Shown here one piece after another: positions 38,973-49,162 of a stretch of DNA of 64,000 bases. Below the pieces are notes generated by a model that saw only the letters and a list, made by a program, of their open reading frames with translations, did no database searches and was not told the DNA's origin. Source of the stretch: Infirmifilum sp. (lineage in GTDB: Archaea > Thermoproteota > Thermoprotei > Thermofilales > Thermofilaceae). Where the stretch lies: assembly GCA_041287245.1 (NCBI GenBank), contig JBEULP010000117.1, forward strand, positions 96,001-160,000, written 5' to 3'. Each line of letters starts with the position of its first letter. Position 1 is the stretch's first letter. A program made the position numbers and the translations under genes.

Positions 38973-39671
38973 TCAAGCTTCTAAATTTATTTCTTTCCGG
39001 GCTAAGTAAAACTTACAAACATCGTTTAAAGGGCATCTTACGCAGGCAGGGGCTCTTGCCTTACAAACCTCTCTCCCAAGTTTTATGATGAGAAGATGTG
39101 CTTCAAGCCTTTTCTCAGGCCTGAAAACCCTGTGGAGATCATCTCTTATCGCTTTATATGATTTAGAGGTTGTTAATCCTAGTCTCCTAGAAACTCTCCT
39201 CACATGAGTGTCTATAGCAACAACTGGAAAACCTGAGTTCGCTAGGAGAACATCAATAGTCTTTTCACCTATTCCCTTAATTTTTCCAAGTTCCTCTCTC
39301 ACCCTTGCCTCACCCTCGCTTAAGAGCTTGTTTATATCACCGCCATACTTTTCGACAAGAACCCTAGCAGCGGCTTGTATAGCAAACGCTTTTGACTTCT
39401 GAAGACCTGCTGGAGCAATAACTCTCTCAAGCTCTTCCAGGTCGATTGTTGCCAATCTATTTGGGTCTATTCCTACCTTTGATTCTAGTTGTGAAATCGC
39501 TCTAAAGGTGTTTTTTTCTGTTGTGTTCTGGGATAGTATCGTAGCAACCAAGACTTTTAAAGGGTTCTTCTCTCCCGCGGCTTTTAAAGCTGCAAACTCA
39601 TCTGGATTGATCTTGAAGGCTCTTCTAAGTTTCTCGACAATTAGGTCTCCCAAATCGTAGGTACCTCCCAC
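38973..39671 (-). CDS. nth: Endonuclease III (HhH-GPD glycosylase, 4Fe-4S)
   Basis: ILSQNT, GIGEKT, DTHVRRV and C-x6-C-x2-C-x5-C motifs. Confidence 0.92.
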   Translation of the reverse strand: MGGTYDLGDLIVEKLRRAFKINPDEFAALKAAGEKNPLKVLVATILSQNTTEKNTFRAISQLESKVGIDPNRLATIDLEELERVIAPAGLQKSKAFAIQAAARVLVEKYGGDINKLLSEGEARVREELGKIKGIGEKTIDVLLANSGFPVVAIDTHVRRVSRRLGLTTSKSYKAIRDDLHRVFRPEKRLEAHLLIIKLGREVCKARAPACVRCPLNDVCKFYLARKEINLEA

Positions 39672-39721
39672 GACCTCTATTGAACAGAAAGCGTTAAATT
39701 ATCTTACTGTTGTGAAAAGCT

Positions 39722-40489
39722 ATGAAGCGACTAAAACTCCTTGTAGCTAATGATGACGGGATCAGCGTAGGATTAAAAGCGCTTGCTGACGCTGCAGCCA
39801 GCGTGGGTCACGATGTTTTTATAGCTACCACTAGAAACCACTCTAGTGGCGCAGGTAAGTCAATCTCCTTCAAGACGAGATACGAGGTAACCACCCTCTT
39901 CGATAATTATACAGCTGTTATAGTAGATTCAACCCCCGCAACAGCAGTAGGAGTAGTCTTAGACTCTATCCGTAGAGACTTCGACCTTGTTTTGAGTGGG
40001 GTCAACAGCGGGCCTAACCTAGGATTATGGGATGTTCTCTCTTCTGGGACAGTAGGTGCAGTTCTTGAAGCTGCCACCAGGGGGGTTAGGGGCATTGCCG
40101 TATCTCTTGTAGCTCGAGAGTGGTCGGAATACCCCGAGCTCTCATATAGAGATTACTATAAGGCTGCAAAACTCGTAATTGACATGTTTGAAGCCTTGTC
40201 AGATGTACAGTGGAAGGCGCCGGTCTTGAATATCAATGTGCCCTCTTGGGGTATAAGAGGGGTTCGAGAGGCGGTTCTTGAAACAGAAGTACAATCAGAG
40301 GTTTATACATGTAGCAATAACCACTGTGATATGAGTAGATGGACTCTCGATGAAGCATATAAGTGTTCTACACCGGGTAGTGATGTATGCCTTGTAAAGC
40401 AAGGATATGCCACTGTTACACCACTCATTTTCGCATGTTCCACAACTTTAGATTGGATACGCGAAGCTTTACAGCAAAGTTTAAAATAA
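39722..40489 (+). CDS. surE: 5'/3'-nucleotidase SurE
   Basis: NDDG, SGAG, SGVNSGPNLG and SGTVGA motifs. Confidence 0.92.
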   Translation: MKRLKLLVANDDGISVGLKALADAAASVGHDVFIATTRNHSSGAGKSISFKTRYEVTTLFDNYTAVIVDSTPATAVGVVLDSIRRDFDLVLSGVNSGPNLGLWDVLSSGTVGAVLEAATRGVRGIAVSLVAREWSEYPELSYRDYYKAAKLVIDMFEALSDVQWKAPVLNINVPSWGIRGVREAVLETEVQSEVYTCSNNHCDMSRWTLDEAYKCSTPGSDVCLVKQGYATVTPLIFACSTTLDWIREALQQSLK

Positions 40490-40517
40490 TGACAGCGGTT
40501 TAGACGCGAGTTTAAGT

Positions 40518-41864
40518 ATGGAGAAGATAGATGTTGCTGTGATAGGCGGCGGTCCCGCGGGGATGACTGCTGCCTCGAGAATTAAGCGGATACACCCGGA
40601 CTGGAAGGTTGCGGTTTTCGAGAGAAGCAAGTATGTAAGTTATGCCCCATGCGGCATACCTTATCTTCTCGGAGGGTTTGCGAATAATCTCGAGGAATTG
40701 GTTCACTACCCATTAAGGGTCTTTACAGAGGAAAGAGGGATACAGGTCTACACCCAGACTGAAGTCATCGAGGTTGGCGAGGGTTATTTACGAGCTCGTT
40801 CTCGAGAGGCTTCGGAAAGAACATTCAGCTGGGATAAACTCTTAATAGCCACGGGTGCCCGTCCACGTGTCCCCCCAGTTCCAGGCGTAGATCTAAAGGG
40901 GGTTTTAACCATACGCACTTTGGAAAGCGCTGAAGAGGGACTAAAGGCGATAAGCGGTGCTGAGAATGTTGCTATTGTTGGTGGTGGCTATATCGGCATT
41001 GAACTGGCTGAGAATCTGGTTCGAATCGGAAAGAAGGTATATCTTTTTGAGATGCTACCACATGTAATGCCTACCCTCGATCCTGAAATAGCTCAACTCG
41101 TTGAAGCCGAACTTATAAGACATGGCGTCAAACTACACCTTAACGAAGCTCTTAGGGAAATCGGTGGGCGTGAAAAGGTAGAAAAAATAATAACCGATAA
41201 GGGTGAGTACCCTGTAGATGTGGTATTTCTAGCCACCGGAGTTGTGCCTGAAACTACTCTAGGAGACATGATTGGAGTTAAGAAAGGCGCGACTGAAGCT
41301 ATCAGCGTTGATCATTCGATGAGGACAAACGTAGAAAATGTATTTGCAGCGGGAGATGCTGCCGAAAGCATAAACCTAGTAACAGGGAAGCCCGACTGGT
41401 TCCCACTTGCACCAGTTGCGAATAAGATGGGCTACGTAGCAGGAGCCACGATCTCGGGTTTGAATGCAAGCTTCCCCGGGGCTGTAGGGACGGCGATAAC
41501 GAAGGCTTTTTCGTTGGAGATTGCCAGGACAGGATTAACGGAGGAGAAGGCCAGACGTGAAGGCTTCAACCCCCTTTCAGTTACAATCAGCTCAAACTCA
41601 CGCGCCAGCTACTACCCTGGTGCTGCTACTATAACCGTGAAACTTATAGCTGATAAAGATTCTGGAAGACTCCTAGGGGCACAAGTCGTGGGCGGTGACG
41701 GTGTACTGGCAAGAATAAACACTTTGGCTGTTTTGATCGAAAAGCATGCAACAGTTACCGATGCATTCTTTAGCGATCTTGCTTATGCCCCTCCCTTTGC
41801 CCCGGTCTGGGATCCGGTTATTGTTGCAGCGCGTGTTCTTCTTGGGAAAATAGGGCAAGGGTAG
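40518..41864 (+). CDS. CoA-disulfide reductase / NAD(P)H oxidase family flavoprotein
   Basis: GGGPAG, SYAPCG redox Cys, GGGYIG and YAPPF motifs. Confidence 0.9.
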   Translation: MEKIDVAVIGGGPAGMTAASRIKRIHPDWKVAVFERSKYVSYAPCGIPYLLGGFANNLEELVHYPLRVFTEERGIQVYTQTEVIEVGEGYLRARSREASERTFSWDKLLIATGARPRVPPVPGVDLKGVLTIRTLESAEEGLKAISGAENVAIVGGGYIGIELAENLVRIGKKVYLFEMLPHVMPTLDPEIAQLVEAELIRHGVKLHLNEALREIGGREKVEKIITDKGEYPVDVVFLATGVVPETTLGDMIGVKKGATEAISVDHSMRTNVENVFAAGDAAESINLVTGKPDWFPLAPVANKMGYVAGATISGLNASFPGAVGTAITKAFSLEIARTGLTEEKARREGFNPLSVTISSNSRASYYPGAATITVKLIADKDSGRLLGAQVVGGDGVLARINTLAVLIEKHATVTDAFFSDLAYAPPFAPVWDPVIVAARVLLGKIGQG

Positions 41865-42390
41865 TTTTTCCCTGGTTCCTATATCCAACGTACAGGTACC
41901 CACCCATTAGAAGTGTGACAGACCCTATGACAGCGAGAAAAGCTGAAACTAAACTTTCGAAGTTTACGAGATTATCGTTGTTTTTGGCGAAGTAAAACGT
42001 GAAGGATAGTACAGTGTTAGTTTCCAAACCATTGTTCTCGATTACTATTGTGCGAGGAGAGTCATCAAGGTAGAGATAACCGGAGCCGTTCTTCCCAGCA
42101 TCAGTAATGGTTAGCCTTCCGATCTCGGATGATTCTGCGTTTAGGAAGATAATGCTTACATTTATGTATCGTTCTCCTTTATATGACAGGTTATAGTAGG
42201 CCTTAGGTGATAGGTTAGGTGGGAGGGGATACTGCATGTTTTTCTCTTTTGAAAGGTCAATTCTTATTGGGATTTTTTCCCGCATGGAAAGCTTATAGTT
42301 AACGCTTCCCGCCAGGATCGCTCCTATTACTAGTAACACAGAACCCGCTAGAATAAGCTTAACCGCAAAATCAACTTTGCCTTGCTCCAC
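41818..42390 (-). CDS. Hypothetical membrane protein
   Basis: N- and C-terminal hydrophobic helices flanking a beta-rich domain. Confidence 0.65.
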   Translation of the reverse strand: MEQGKVDFAVKLILAGSVLLVIGAILAGSVNYKLSMREKIPIRIDLSKEKNMQYPLPPNLSPKAYYNLSYKGERYINVSIIFLNAESSEIGRLTITDAGKNGSGYLYLDDSPRTIVIENNGLETNTVLSFTFYFAKNNDNLVNFESLVSAFLAVIGSVTLLMGGYLYVGYRNQGKTTLALFSQEEHALQQ

Positions 42391-42427
42391 AGCTACCCAA
42401 AAACAGTTGAAGAATAAGCTGATAAAT

Positions 42428-45400
42428 TTACTGCCCCTTTAGCCTCTTTATTCCAATTCTAACCTTTGCATCTCCAATTTCCCAGTCCTGTACAAGGTCG
42501 CCTTCCACAAGTGCCACGTTATCTAAAAACTTAAAGTATCTTGATCTGCTCTCGGATTTAAGATATTCCTGGTAGTCTCTCACAAGAGAGGCAAGATCCT
42601 GAGGGATATAAACCTCAGTGTCTATATACTCTTCTACGTTGAGGCTGAGTTTTTTACGCATGAATTGTATTCTTCTGAGTATGTCACGCGCTAAGCCCTC
42701 GCCTAGTTCCTTTTCGCTTATGTTCAGGTCTAGAACGATTGTACCCCACGGAAGTTTTTCACCATCATAACCACTCTTCCAAACCTCGGATATTTTCACC
42801 ATGTTGCTAGTAACGTGGAAGATATTCCCACCTATTTCAATATCAATATATCCCTTTTCAAGGAGAGCTTTAGCCACGATTTCACCCCTGTTAACAAGCT
42901 CTTCAACGATTCTAGGAGTATATGTTTTAAATACAGGGCCCAGCTGCTGGTATAATGGCTCTACTCTGAAGGTTTGATACTCAGTGAGGCTTTTTTCAGG
43001 CGAGACGATAATTTTCTTTACGTTGACCTGCGAAGATATCACGCGTTCAAAAGTCTTCACGGAATCTGCTACACTTGGATCAGAAGTGAAGATGTAGACT
43101 GCAGGGAGCGGCTGTCTTATTTTCAAATTATTTCTCATTCTGAGAGCTAATACCCTCTCAACGATCTCTCGCGCTAGCTGCATTTTCCTCTCAAGCTCAG
43201 GGTCAATAAGTTCTTCACGAGTAACCGGCCAAGAAAACATGTGTATACTTGGAGGCGACCCGTCATTCCGGAAAGACTCTAGATATATCCTCTCGGTTGT
43301 AAAGGGTATTATGGGGGACGAGATTATAAGGAGTTTTTGCAGTACATAGGCTAGGGTCGCATAAGCCGCCAGCTTAGACTCTGACTCCTCCTCTATCCAC
43401 ACCCGCGGACGAATAACTCTGACATACCAGTGGCTCAGGTCTTCAACAACAAACTCTCGTATCTGCTTTACAGCTCTGTAAATATTAAGTTCTTCAAAAG
43501 CCTTTGTAACATCACGTACTATGCTTTCAAACCTCGAGAGTAACCACTTATCTTCAACTTCCAGCTTCTCGCGAAGGTTATCGATGGTGTATCTCGAAGG
43601 GTCGAAATTATCAATACTCATGTAAAGGGTTGCAAAATAGTAAACATTCCAGAAGATGTTTAGATCCGAGTAAACCTCGTCCAAGCCTTTCCAAGAAAAC
43701 TTGAGGTCTTCCCACGTAGTCGTACGCAGTACAAACCATCGGAACACGTCGCGGGAGCCGAACTTATATTCGAGAACCTGTCTTGGCTCGACATAGTTTC
43801 CTAGTGATTTATGCATCTCTCGTCCCTGTTCATCCAGGGCGAAACCGTGCATGAGCACACGACGATAAGGTGACTGGTTAAAAGTAATAATACCAGACCT
43901 TAGAAGAGAAAAGAACCACCCAGCTATCTGATCATGCCCCTCTATTACGAGGTCGACAGGCCAGAGTCTTTCTAGTTTATCCCTATTTTTCGGGTATCCG
44001 AGGCTAGCATAAAAGGCTACTCCCGAATCAAGCCAGACGTCAAGCACGTCTGGGACTCTCTTCATTGTACCGCCGCATCTGGGGCATTTGAGCTCCACCT
44101 TGTCTATCCATGGTCTGTGGAGGTCCTGTAGCTCTAGTTTTTGCCCGGAAAGTTTCTCCAGCTCTTCCCTCGAGCCTACAACTATCTTCTCACCGCAGCT
44201 TTGACATACCCATATTGGAGCCGGAGTCCCCCAGTACCTCTGGCGTGAGATTATCCAGTCCCTTAAGCCGCTTAGCCAGTTTTTGAAGCGCGCATAGCCG
44301 GCCCACTCCGGTATCCACTCGACTTTTTCAGCTTCCTCGAGAAATTTTTCCTTCAGCTGGGTTACACGTATAAACCACTGTTGAGTACCTCGCAGCACTA
44401 AAGGTGTCTTACAGCGCCAACAGACAGGGTATCTGTGTCTAATTAGGCCGGCATGCAAAAGGAATCCTTTTCTTCTAAGATCCTCTACAATTACAGGGTT
44501 TGCTTCTCGAGTGCTAAGGCCAGAGTATTTTCCGGCGCCAGTTGTTAGTCTTCCCTTCTCGTCTACAAGGACAACCACTGGAAGAGAATATCTAAGTCCT
44601 ACAATGAAGTCTTCTTCGCCATGTCCGGGAGCGCAGTGAACAAGACCAGTGCCTTCCTTCGCTGAAACATATTCTTCAGATAGGACGATTCTATGAACAC
44701 CGGCCAGCTCCTTCTGAACATTAACTTCCTCGAATAAGGGATGAGCATATTGGAGCCCCTCAAGGTCTTTTCCCTTGACTGCGCTTATTACCCTGTAATC
44801 TTTTACCCCCACCTCCTTCATCACCTCATCAACTCTATCCTTGGCTAAGAGGAGTTGTTCTCCTCCTATATCCACCCAAACATAATCGAGGTTAGGGTTA
44901 GCCATTACAGCTACATTCGCAGGTAGGGTCCAAGGTGTAGTCGTCCATACGAGTATAAACTTCTTCTCTTCTTCAAGTAAGGGAAATTTGACATATATCG
45001 AGGGGTCTTCGAGCTCTGTATACTCTGTAACCTCGTAGTCCGCAAGAGTTGTCTCACAACGTGGACACCAATGTACTACCTTCAACCCGTAGTCTAGAAG
45101 CCCTGCCTCGTCAGCCTTTTTTACAAGCCACCAGGCACCTTCGATGTAATCATCATCCATGGTACGGTAAGGGTTATCCCAATCCATCGAGACTCCAAAC
45201 TCTCTGAAAAATGAGTTGAGAGAAGCTATATTCTCGGATACGAATCGCTTGCACTCTCGGATGAATTTTTCAACCCCAAAATCCTCGATGTCCTTTTTAG
45301 TCTTAAAACCAAGGCGTTTTTCAATTTGGACTTCAATTGGTAGACCGTGGCAGTCGTAACCAGGCTGGTCGTGAACGCTATAACCTTTAGCCCTGTAAAA

Positions 45401-45619
45401 GCGGATTACAGCATCCTTTAAAATCTTATTCCATAACGTTCCTACGTGGGGGGTACCGCTTGAAGCATACGGGGGCCCATCCAGGAAATAGAACTTTGGC
45501 TTGCCACGGGATTGATCACGGATCACGTCATAAACCTTGCCCTTATACCAATAGTCTAGAACTTCCACCTCGTATTTCTTTGGGTTAAACTCTTGCGTTA
45601 GAGGTCTAACTCTACTCAT
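42428..45619 (-). CDS. ileS: Isoleucine--tRNA ligase
   Basis: DGPPY..G.PHVG (HIGH), DCHGLP, WTTTPWTLP, GTGLVH, ISRQRYWG and EMHKS (KMSKS) motifs. Confidence 0.97.
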   Translation of the reverse strand: MSRVRPLTQEFNPKKYEVEVLDYWYKGKVYDVIRDQSRGKPKFYFLDGPPYASSGTPHVGTLWNKILKDAVIRFYRAKGYSVHDQPGYDCHGLPIEVQIEKRLGFKTKKDIEDFGVEKFIRECKRFVSENIASLNSFFREFGVSMDWDNPYRTMDDDYIEGAWWLVKKADEAGLLDYGLKVVHWCPRCETTLADYEVTEYTELEDPSIYVKFPLLEEEKKFILVWTTTPWTLPANVAVMANPNLDYVWVDIGGEQLLLAKDRVDEVMKEVGVKDYRVISAVKGKDLEGLQYAHPLFEEVNVQKELAGVHRIVLSEEYVSAKEGTGLVHCAPGHGEEDFIVGLRYSLPVVVLVDEKGRLTTGAGKYSGLSTREANPVIVEDLRRKGFLLHAGLIRHRYPVCWRCKTPLVLRGTQQWFIRVTQLKEKFLEEAEKVEWIPEWAGYARFKNWLSGLRDWIISRQRYWGTPAPIWVCQSCGEKIVVGSREELEKLSGQKLELQDLHRPWIDKVELKCPRCGGTMKRVPDVLDVWLDSGVAFYASLGYPKNRDKLERLWPVDLVIEGHDQIAGWFFSLLRSGIITFNQSPYRRVLMHGFALDEQGREMHKSLGNYVEPRQVLEYKFGSRDVFRWFVLRTTTWEDLKFSWKGLDEVYSDLNIFWNVYYFATLYMSIDNFDPSRYTIDNLREKLEVEDKWLLSRFESIVRDVTKAFEELNIYRAVKQIREFVVEDLSHWYVRVIRPRVWIEEESESKLAAYATLAYVLQKLLIISSPIIPFTTERIYLESFRNDGSPPSIHMFSWPVTREELIDPELERKMQLAREIVERVLALRMRNNLKIRQPLPAVYIFTSDPSVADSVKTFERVISSQVNVKKIIVSPEKSLTEYQTFRVEPLYQQLGPVFKTYTPRIVEELVNRGEIVAKALLEKGYIDIEIGGNIFHVTSNMVKISEVWKSGYDGEKLPWGTIVLDLNISEKELGEGLARDILRRIQFMRKKLSLNVEEYIDTEVYIPQDLASLVRDYQEYLKSESRSRYFKFLDNVALVEGDLVQDWEIGDAKVRIGIKRLKGQ

Positions 45620-45755
45620 ACAAACCACCTGAAGGTTTCAATAAATTAAAACCTACTGCTATGGCTTTACGAGAAGAAGCAGTAGTGCTTGCGAACCAAG
45701 TCTTCAAATTTGGCGGTGCATATCACCTACCATATTATTGTCTAAGACCACTACT

Positions 45756-46556
45756 TTATTTGCTTTTCTTTAATAGCCACATCGAGAGGAAGTACAGTCC
45801 CAAAAATGGAACACCAAGTGCTATAGCGCTAGTAGGCGTGGGATCCGGGGTTATTACGACTAAAAAGGCTAACGTGAAGAAAAATACATACTGCCAATTT
45901 TTCCGTAGCATCTCATAGGTCAACATGCCTATTTTTCCTAGTGTGAGGACGGCGAGTGGCATCATGAAGAATACACCCACAGCTAAGGAGCCTATGAACA
46001 CGTTCTGGTAGAAATCTTTGATAGAGAAGAGGGGGGCAGCACCTACGAGCTGAGTAATCCATAATGCTACTAGGAACGTTAAAGGCAGTACAATTAGAAA
46101 GCCGTAGGCAAAGCCTAACATAAAGAGAATTGCGATGGAAGCGAAAAGTTTTTTAACGTTTCTCTTCTCGTGCGGGTGGAGCCCTGGTTCCAGGAATTTA
46201 TATACTAGGTACAGGGTTATCGGCATTGAAAATACAATAGCTGTAAGTGCAGCCATTATTAGGGCTGCAGTCAGCGAGTCAAACCATCCGTGAGAGATAA
46301 GCATAATATTAGAGCTATTTACTCGCAGAGCATTGTATAGAGAGGATAGTATAGGGTGTTTCTCGTACGAGAACATAAACTGTTTAGTTATATTCATAAG
46401 ATAAAAGGTCACAGGAATATACTCTGGAAGAAGATGAGGGGTAGGAAAAACTAGCAAAAACAGTATGATTGAAACCCATAGAATCAGGATTTTTCTTATG
46501 GTTTCAAGTAGCTCGTAAGCATGCTCCATAAGGGGCTTTTCCCGAGTCTCCGTCAT
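45756..46556 (-). CDS. tatC: Twin-arginine translocase subunit TatC
   Basis: EH..EL, FLEPGL.P.E and ITPDP motifs; multiple TM helices. Confidence 0.9.
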   Translation of the reverse strand: MTETREKPLMEHAYELLETIRKILILWVSIILFLLVFPTPHLLPEYIPVTFYLMNITKQFMFSYEKHPILSSLYNALRVNSSNIMLISHGWFDSLTAALIMAALTAIVFSMPITLYLVYKFLEPGLHPHEKRNVKKLFASIAILFMLGFAYGFLIVLPLTFLVALWITQLVGAAPLFSIKDFYQNVFIGSLAVGVFFMMPLAVLTLGKIGMLTYEMLRKNWQYVFFFTLAFLVVITPDPTPTSAIALGVPFLGLYFLSMWLLKKSK

Positions 46557-46629
46557 ACCTGCGTAACACCACAACTTAGAGGTTAAATTTATATTAATCT
46601 AAGGGCTAAATAAAACCTGGTGACAGCGT

Positions 46630-46869
46630 TTGGCAAAAATTAGAGTCACGATAGATCGTGACCAGTGTATTAGCTGTATGGCCTGTGTCAGCCTTTGCCC
46701 TGAGGTCTTCGAAATGAGCGAAGAAGACGGAAAGAGTCAGATTGTAGCGAAGTTTAGAGTTGGCGGGAACCCCGGGCAAGGCGAAGTCCCCGTTGATCTA
46801 GAAGAATGCGTTAAAAGTGCTGCTGAGGCGTGCCCAGTATCCATCATTCATGTTGAGAAAGTTGAATAA
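46630..46869 (+). CDS. Ferredoxin (single 4Fe-4S cluster)
   Basis: CISCMAC...CP and ACPVSII motifs. Confidence 0.93.
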   Translation: MAKIRVTIDRDQCISCMACVSLCPEVFEMSEEDGKSQIVAKFRVGGNPGQGEVPVDLEECVKSAAEACPVSIIHVEKVE

Positions 46870-46890
46870 CTAGTCTGTCCAGCTGCTTTT

Positions 46891-48399
46891 TTATCCGTGA
46901 AAAACGCTCTCGCTTTTAGCAGCTTCTATTCCACGTTGAACCCGTTGCTGAAGGAAATAAATTAAAACTCCTATGGCTAAACCTATGACTAGAATAAGAA
47001 GTGTAAAGTTGTTTCCTTTTCCTATTAGAGGTGGGCTAGTACTTGCCGGAGCCTGCCAATCTCGGATGTTTCTAAATCCCCAGCCTCTGAACAAGGGAGC
47101 CAGGTTTTTTCCCGCAGCCGTACTCAACACGTATACGATATCATCATTGGAAGTCACCTTTCCGTAGTTTTTAAGAGCTGTGAAAACCTTCTCGAGGTAG
47201 ACTTTTCCGCCAAATGTTGAGGTTAGGTTGTTTATTATGAAGAAGCTCGCTAGATACGCGTCCCCAACCATTTCAGGATCTTGGGGCCAGTGTTGAATAA
47301 ATGAAAAATTACCTCCAGTGTAACTGTACAAGCTTTCAGAGGCATTTAATAGCTCTGCTCTTAGATCTGAGACATTATAACCAAGCCCCTCCGCGATGTT
47401 GAGAGAGAGATACTGAGCCAACCCCTCGTGAAACCATCGTGTCTCATCATTAGCTTCAACGCCAGCCTTACCGAGAAAAGCATGAACCATTTCATGTATA
47501 ACTGTCGTTTCCAGATACCCCGGTGCGTATCTTATTAAACCAAGATTCAACATTATCGGGCCCTTTCCCCCTGCGTTTACATCTTCTCCCATTATGAAGC
47601 CAAGGGTACTAATCCCACCAAGGCTTTGCTTGGGAAGGTAGAACTCGAATATAATACTGGGGAGGGAGACACCGATTAATGTCGTAAGGTTTTGGTATGC
47701 TCTAGACGAAACCTCGAGCACTCGTTCAGACAGTTTTTTGTAGTATGGAGGGGACTCGATGATTAGCGATGTATTACCAATGTTCCTGGTGTAATTTACA
47801 GGGGAAATAGGTATAATTGTCGTGTATTCTATGACAACACGCCCAGGAATGAGGGAGGGACTATTAGGTTTGACAACATACATTCTGTAACCGTTTTTAT
47901 CTATCCCGGTGGAGGTGGGAGACTCAAGTGAAACCTTTTCCAAACCAGGAATCCTAACGAAAACCTCTACGGGTATTGGCGGTGAAGCGACAAGCATTGG
48001 CGTCATAAACCACCCCTGTTTCCCCGCCAACAGGCTAGCATATGGAAAATTGTAACAGAGGGATAAGATGGATGTGCCGTTCTCTCCAGGAATAAGGGTG
48101 ATTGACGAGTTATAGTAGAAGTAAGCTGAGGAGGGAGAATTGGTTATATAATAGCTTCCATAGGCCTCGCAAATAGTATAGTTTTCAAATCTTGGAAGAG
48201 TAAAATACATGCTTGAACGACCTGTAACCTTAAAGGATATTTTTACAGTAGCATTCCCATTTTCATCCACATTTATAATAGCCTTTATCTCTGGAACAGG
48301 TTGAGCCATAGCGAGGTTAAATATAGGCGTCGCTGACAGAAAAACAAGAATTAAAATAAGTAGTGTAAAAAGCTCTTTCAGGAACCCTCTTCTCAACAT
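46891..48399 (-). CDS. Secreted, membrane-anchored zinc metallopeptidase (gluzincin/MA-like)
   Basis: Signal peptide, HEMVH, WFHEGLAQY and C-terminal TM. Confidence 0.85.
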   Translation of the reverse strand: MLRRGFLKELFTLLILILVFLSATPIFNLAMAQPVPEIKAIINVDENGNATVKISFKVTGRSSMYFTLPRFENYTICEAYGSYYITNSPSSAYFYYNSSITLIPGENGTSILSLCYNFPYASLLAGKQGWFMTPMLVASPPIPVEVFVRIPGLEKVSLESPTSTGIDKNGYRMYVVKPNSPSLIPGRVVIEYTTIIPISPVNYTRNIGNTSLIIESPPYYKKLSERVLEVSSRAYQNLTTLIGVSLPSIIFEFYLPKQSLGGISTLGFIMGEDVNAGGKGPIMLNLGLIRYAPGYLETTVIHEMVHAFLGKAGVEANDETRWFHEGLAQYLSLNIAEGLGYNVSDLRAELLNASESLYSYTGGNFSFIQHWPQDPEMVGDAYLASFFIINNLTSTFGGKVYLEKVFTALKNYGKVTSNDDIVYVLSTAAGKNLAPLFRGWGFRNIRDWQAPASTSPPLIGKGNNFTLLILVIGLAIGVLIYFLQQRVQRGIEAAKSESVFHG

Positions 48400-48489
48400 A
48401 CTTATTCGTTTACATGAAACAACATCATATTAATTAGCCTATTCCGTTTCTACAGAGAATCCTTAGCGATGAAATACATGTGAGGAGAC

Positions 48490-49155
48490 ATGGTAGGAAT
48501 TAGCGACATAGGAGCCTCCTGTACCAGGATATTGATATGCTCTGACCTTCACTGTAGATCCGGGAGGCATTGCTACCAATTTAAGCTGATAATTGAAGCT
48601 CTACTCCATTTGAAAGGCGACTGCTTAGTTATTGCAGGGGATCTATTTGAAGATCTTCACTATCATATTAACAACACCAGGTTTATCCAGGAGCTTCAAA
48701 AGCTAGGTTTTCCAGAAAATCCCAACTTTGAAACTGTATTTACGCCCAGCTTTTCTTCACATGACCCGCTACTTAATGAAGGAAGCATCAGTGTTGGAAG
48801 CGGAAATATACACGTCAGAAGAGTTGCAAGGATAAATACCGGAGAAGAAAAAATAGTTGTGACGCATGGTGATATTATTTTGCCAAATGGTGCGGCGGCC
48901 TACCTCGTCAACCGAATTGGAAATATTCTTGGGAAGAAACTACTGCTCGAAGATAAATTAAAGCATAAAATTGGAGTCAGAGACGAGTGGTTTGTAATGG
49001 GGCACACTCACATTCCGGGTTTAGACCCTCTCCGTAAGCTGGGTAATCCGGGGTCGTGGAAGTTCGAATGGAGGGGGGGCGTCCCTTACTGGAGAAAACC
49101 CACAAGAACCTTTCTTTTCTATAATAGTAAACGTTTTAGGCTGCTGAGGTTGTAA
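48490..49155 (+). CDS. Calcineurin-like metallophosphoesterase
   Basis: SDLH, GDLFE, SHD, HGD, GHTH and NPGSW motifs. Confidence 0.85.
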   Translation: MVGISDIGASCTRILICSDLHCRSGRHCYQFKLIIEALLHLKGDCLVIAGDLFEDLHYHINNTRFIQELQKLGFPENPNFETVFTPSFSSHDPLLNEGSISVGSGNIHVRRVARINTGEEKIVVTHGDIILPNGAAAYLVNRIGNILGKKLLLEDKLKHKIGVRDEWFVMGHTHIPGLDPLRKLGNPGSWKFEWRGGVPYWRKPTRTFLFYNSKRFRLLRL

Positions 49156-49162
49156 GAAACAT

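Noticed and set aside
45661..45918. 85-aa + strand ORF between ileS and tatC
   Set aside because: Overlaps tatC in antisense for most of its length and has no motif
49073..49079. G7 homopolymer in the metallophosphoesterase gene
   Set aside because: Frame intact, run short and near the 3' end; no sign of phase variation
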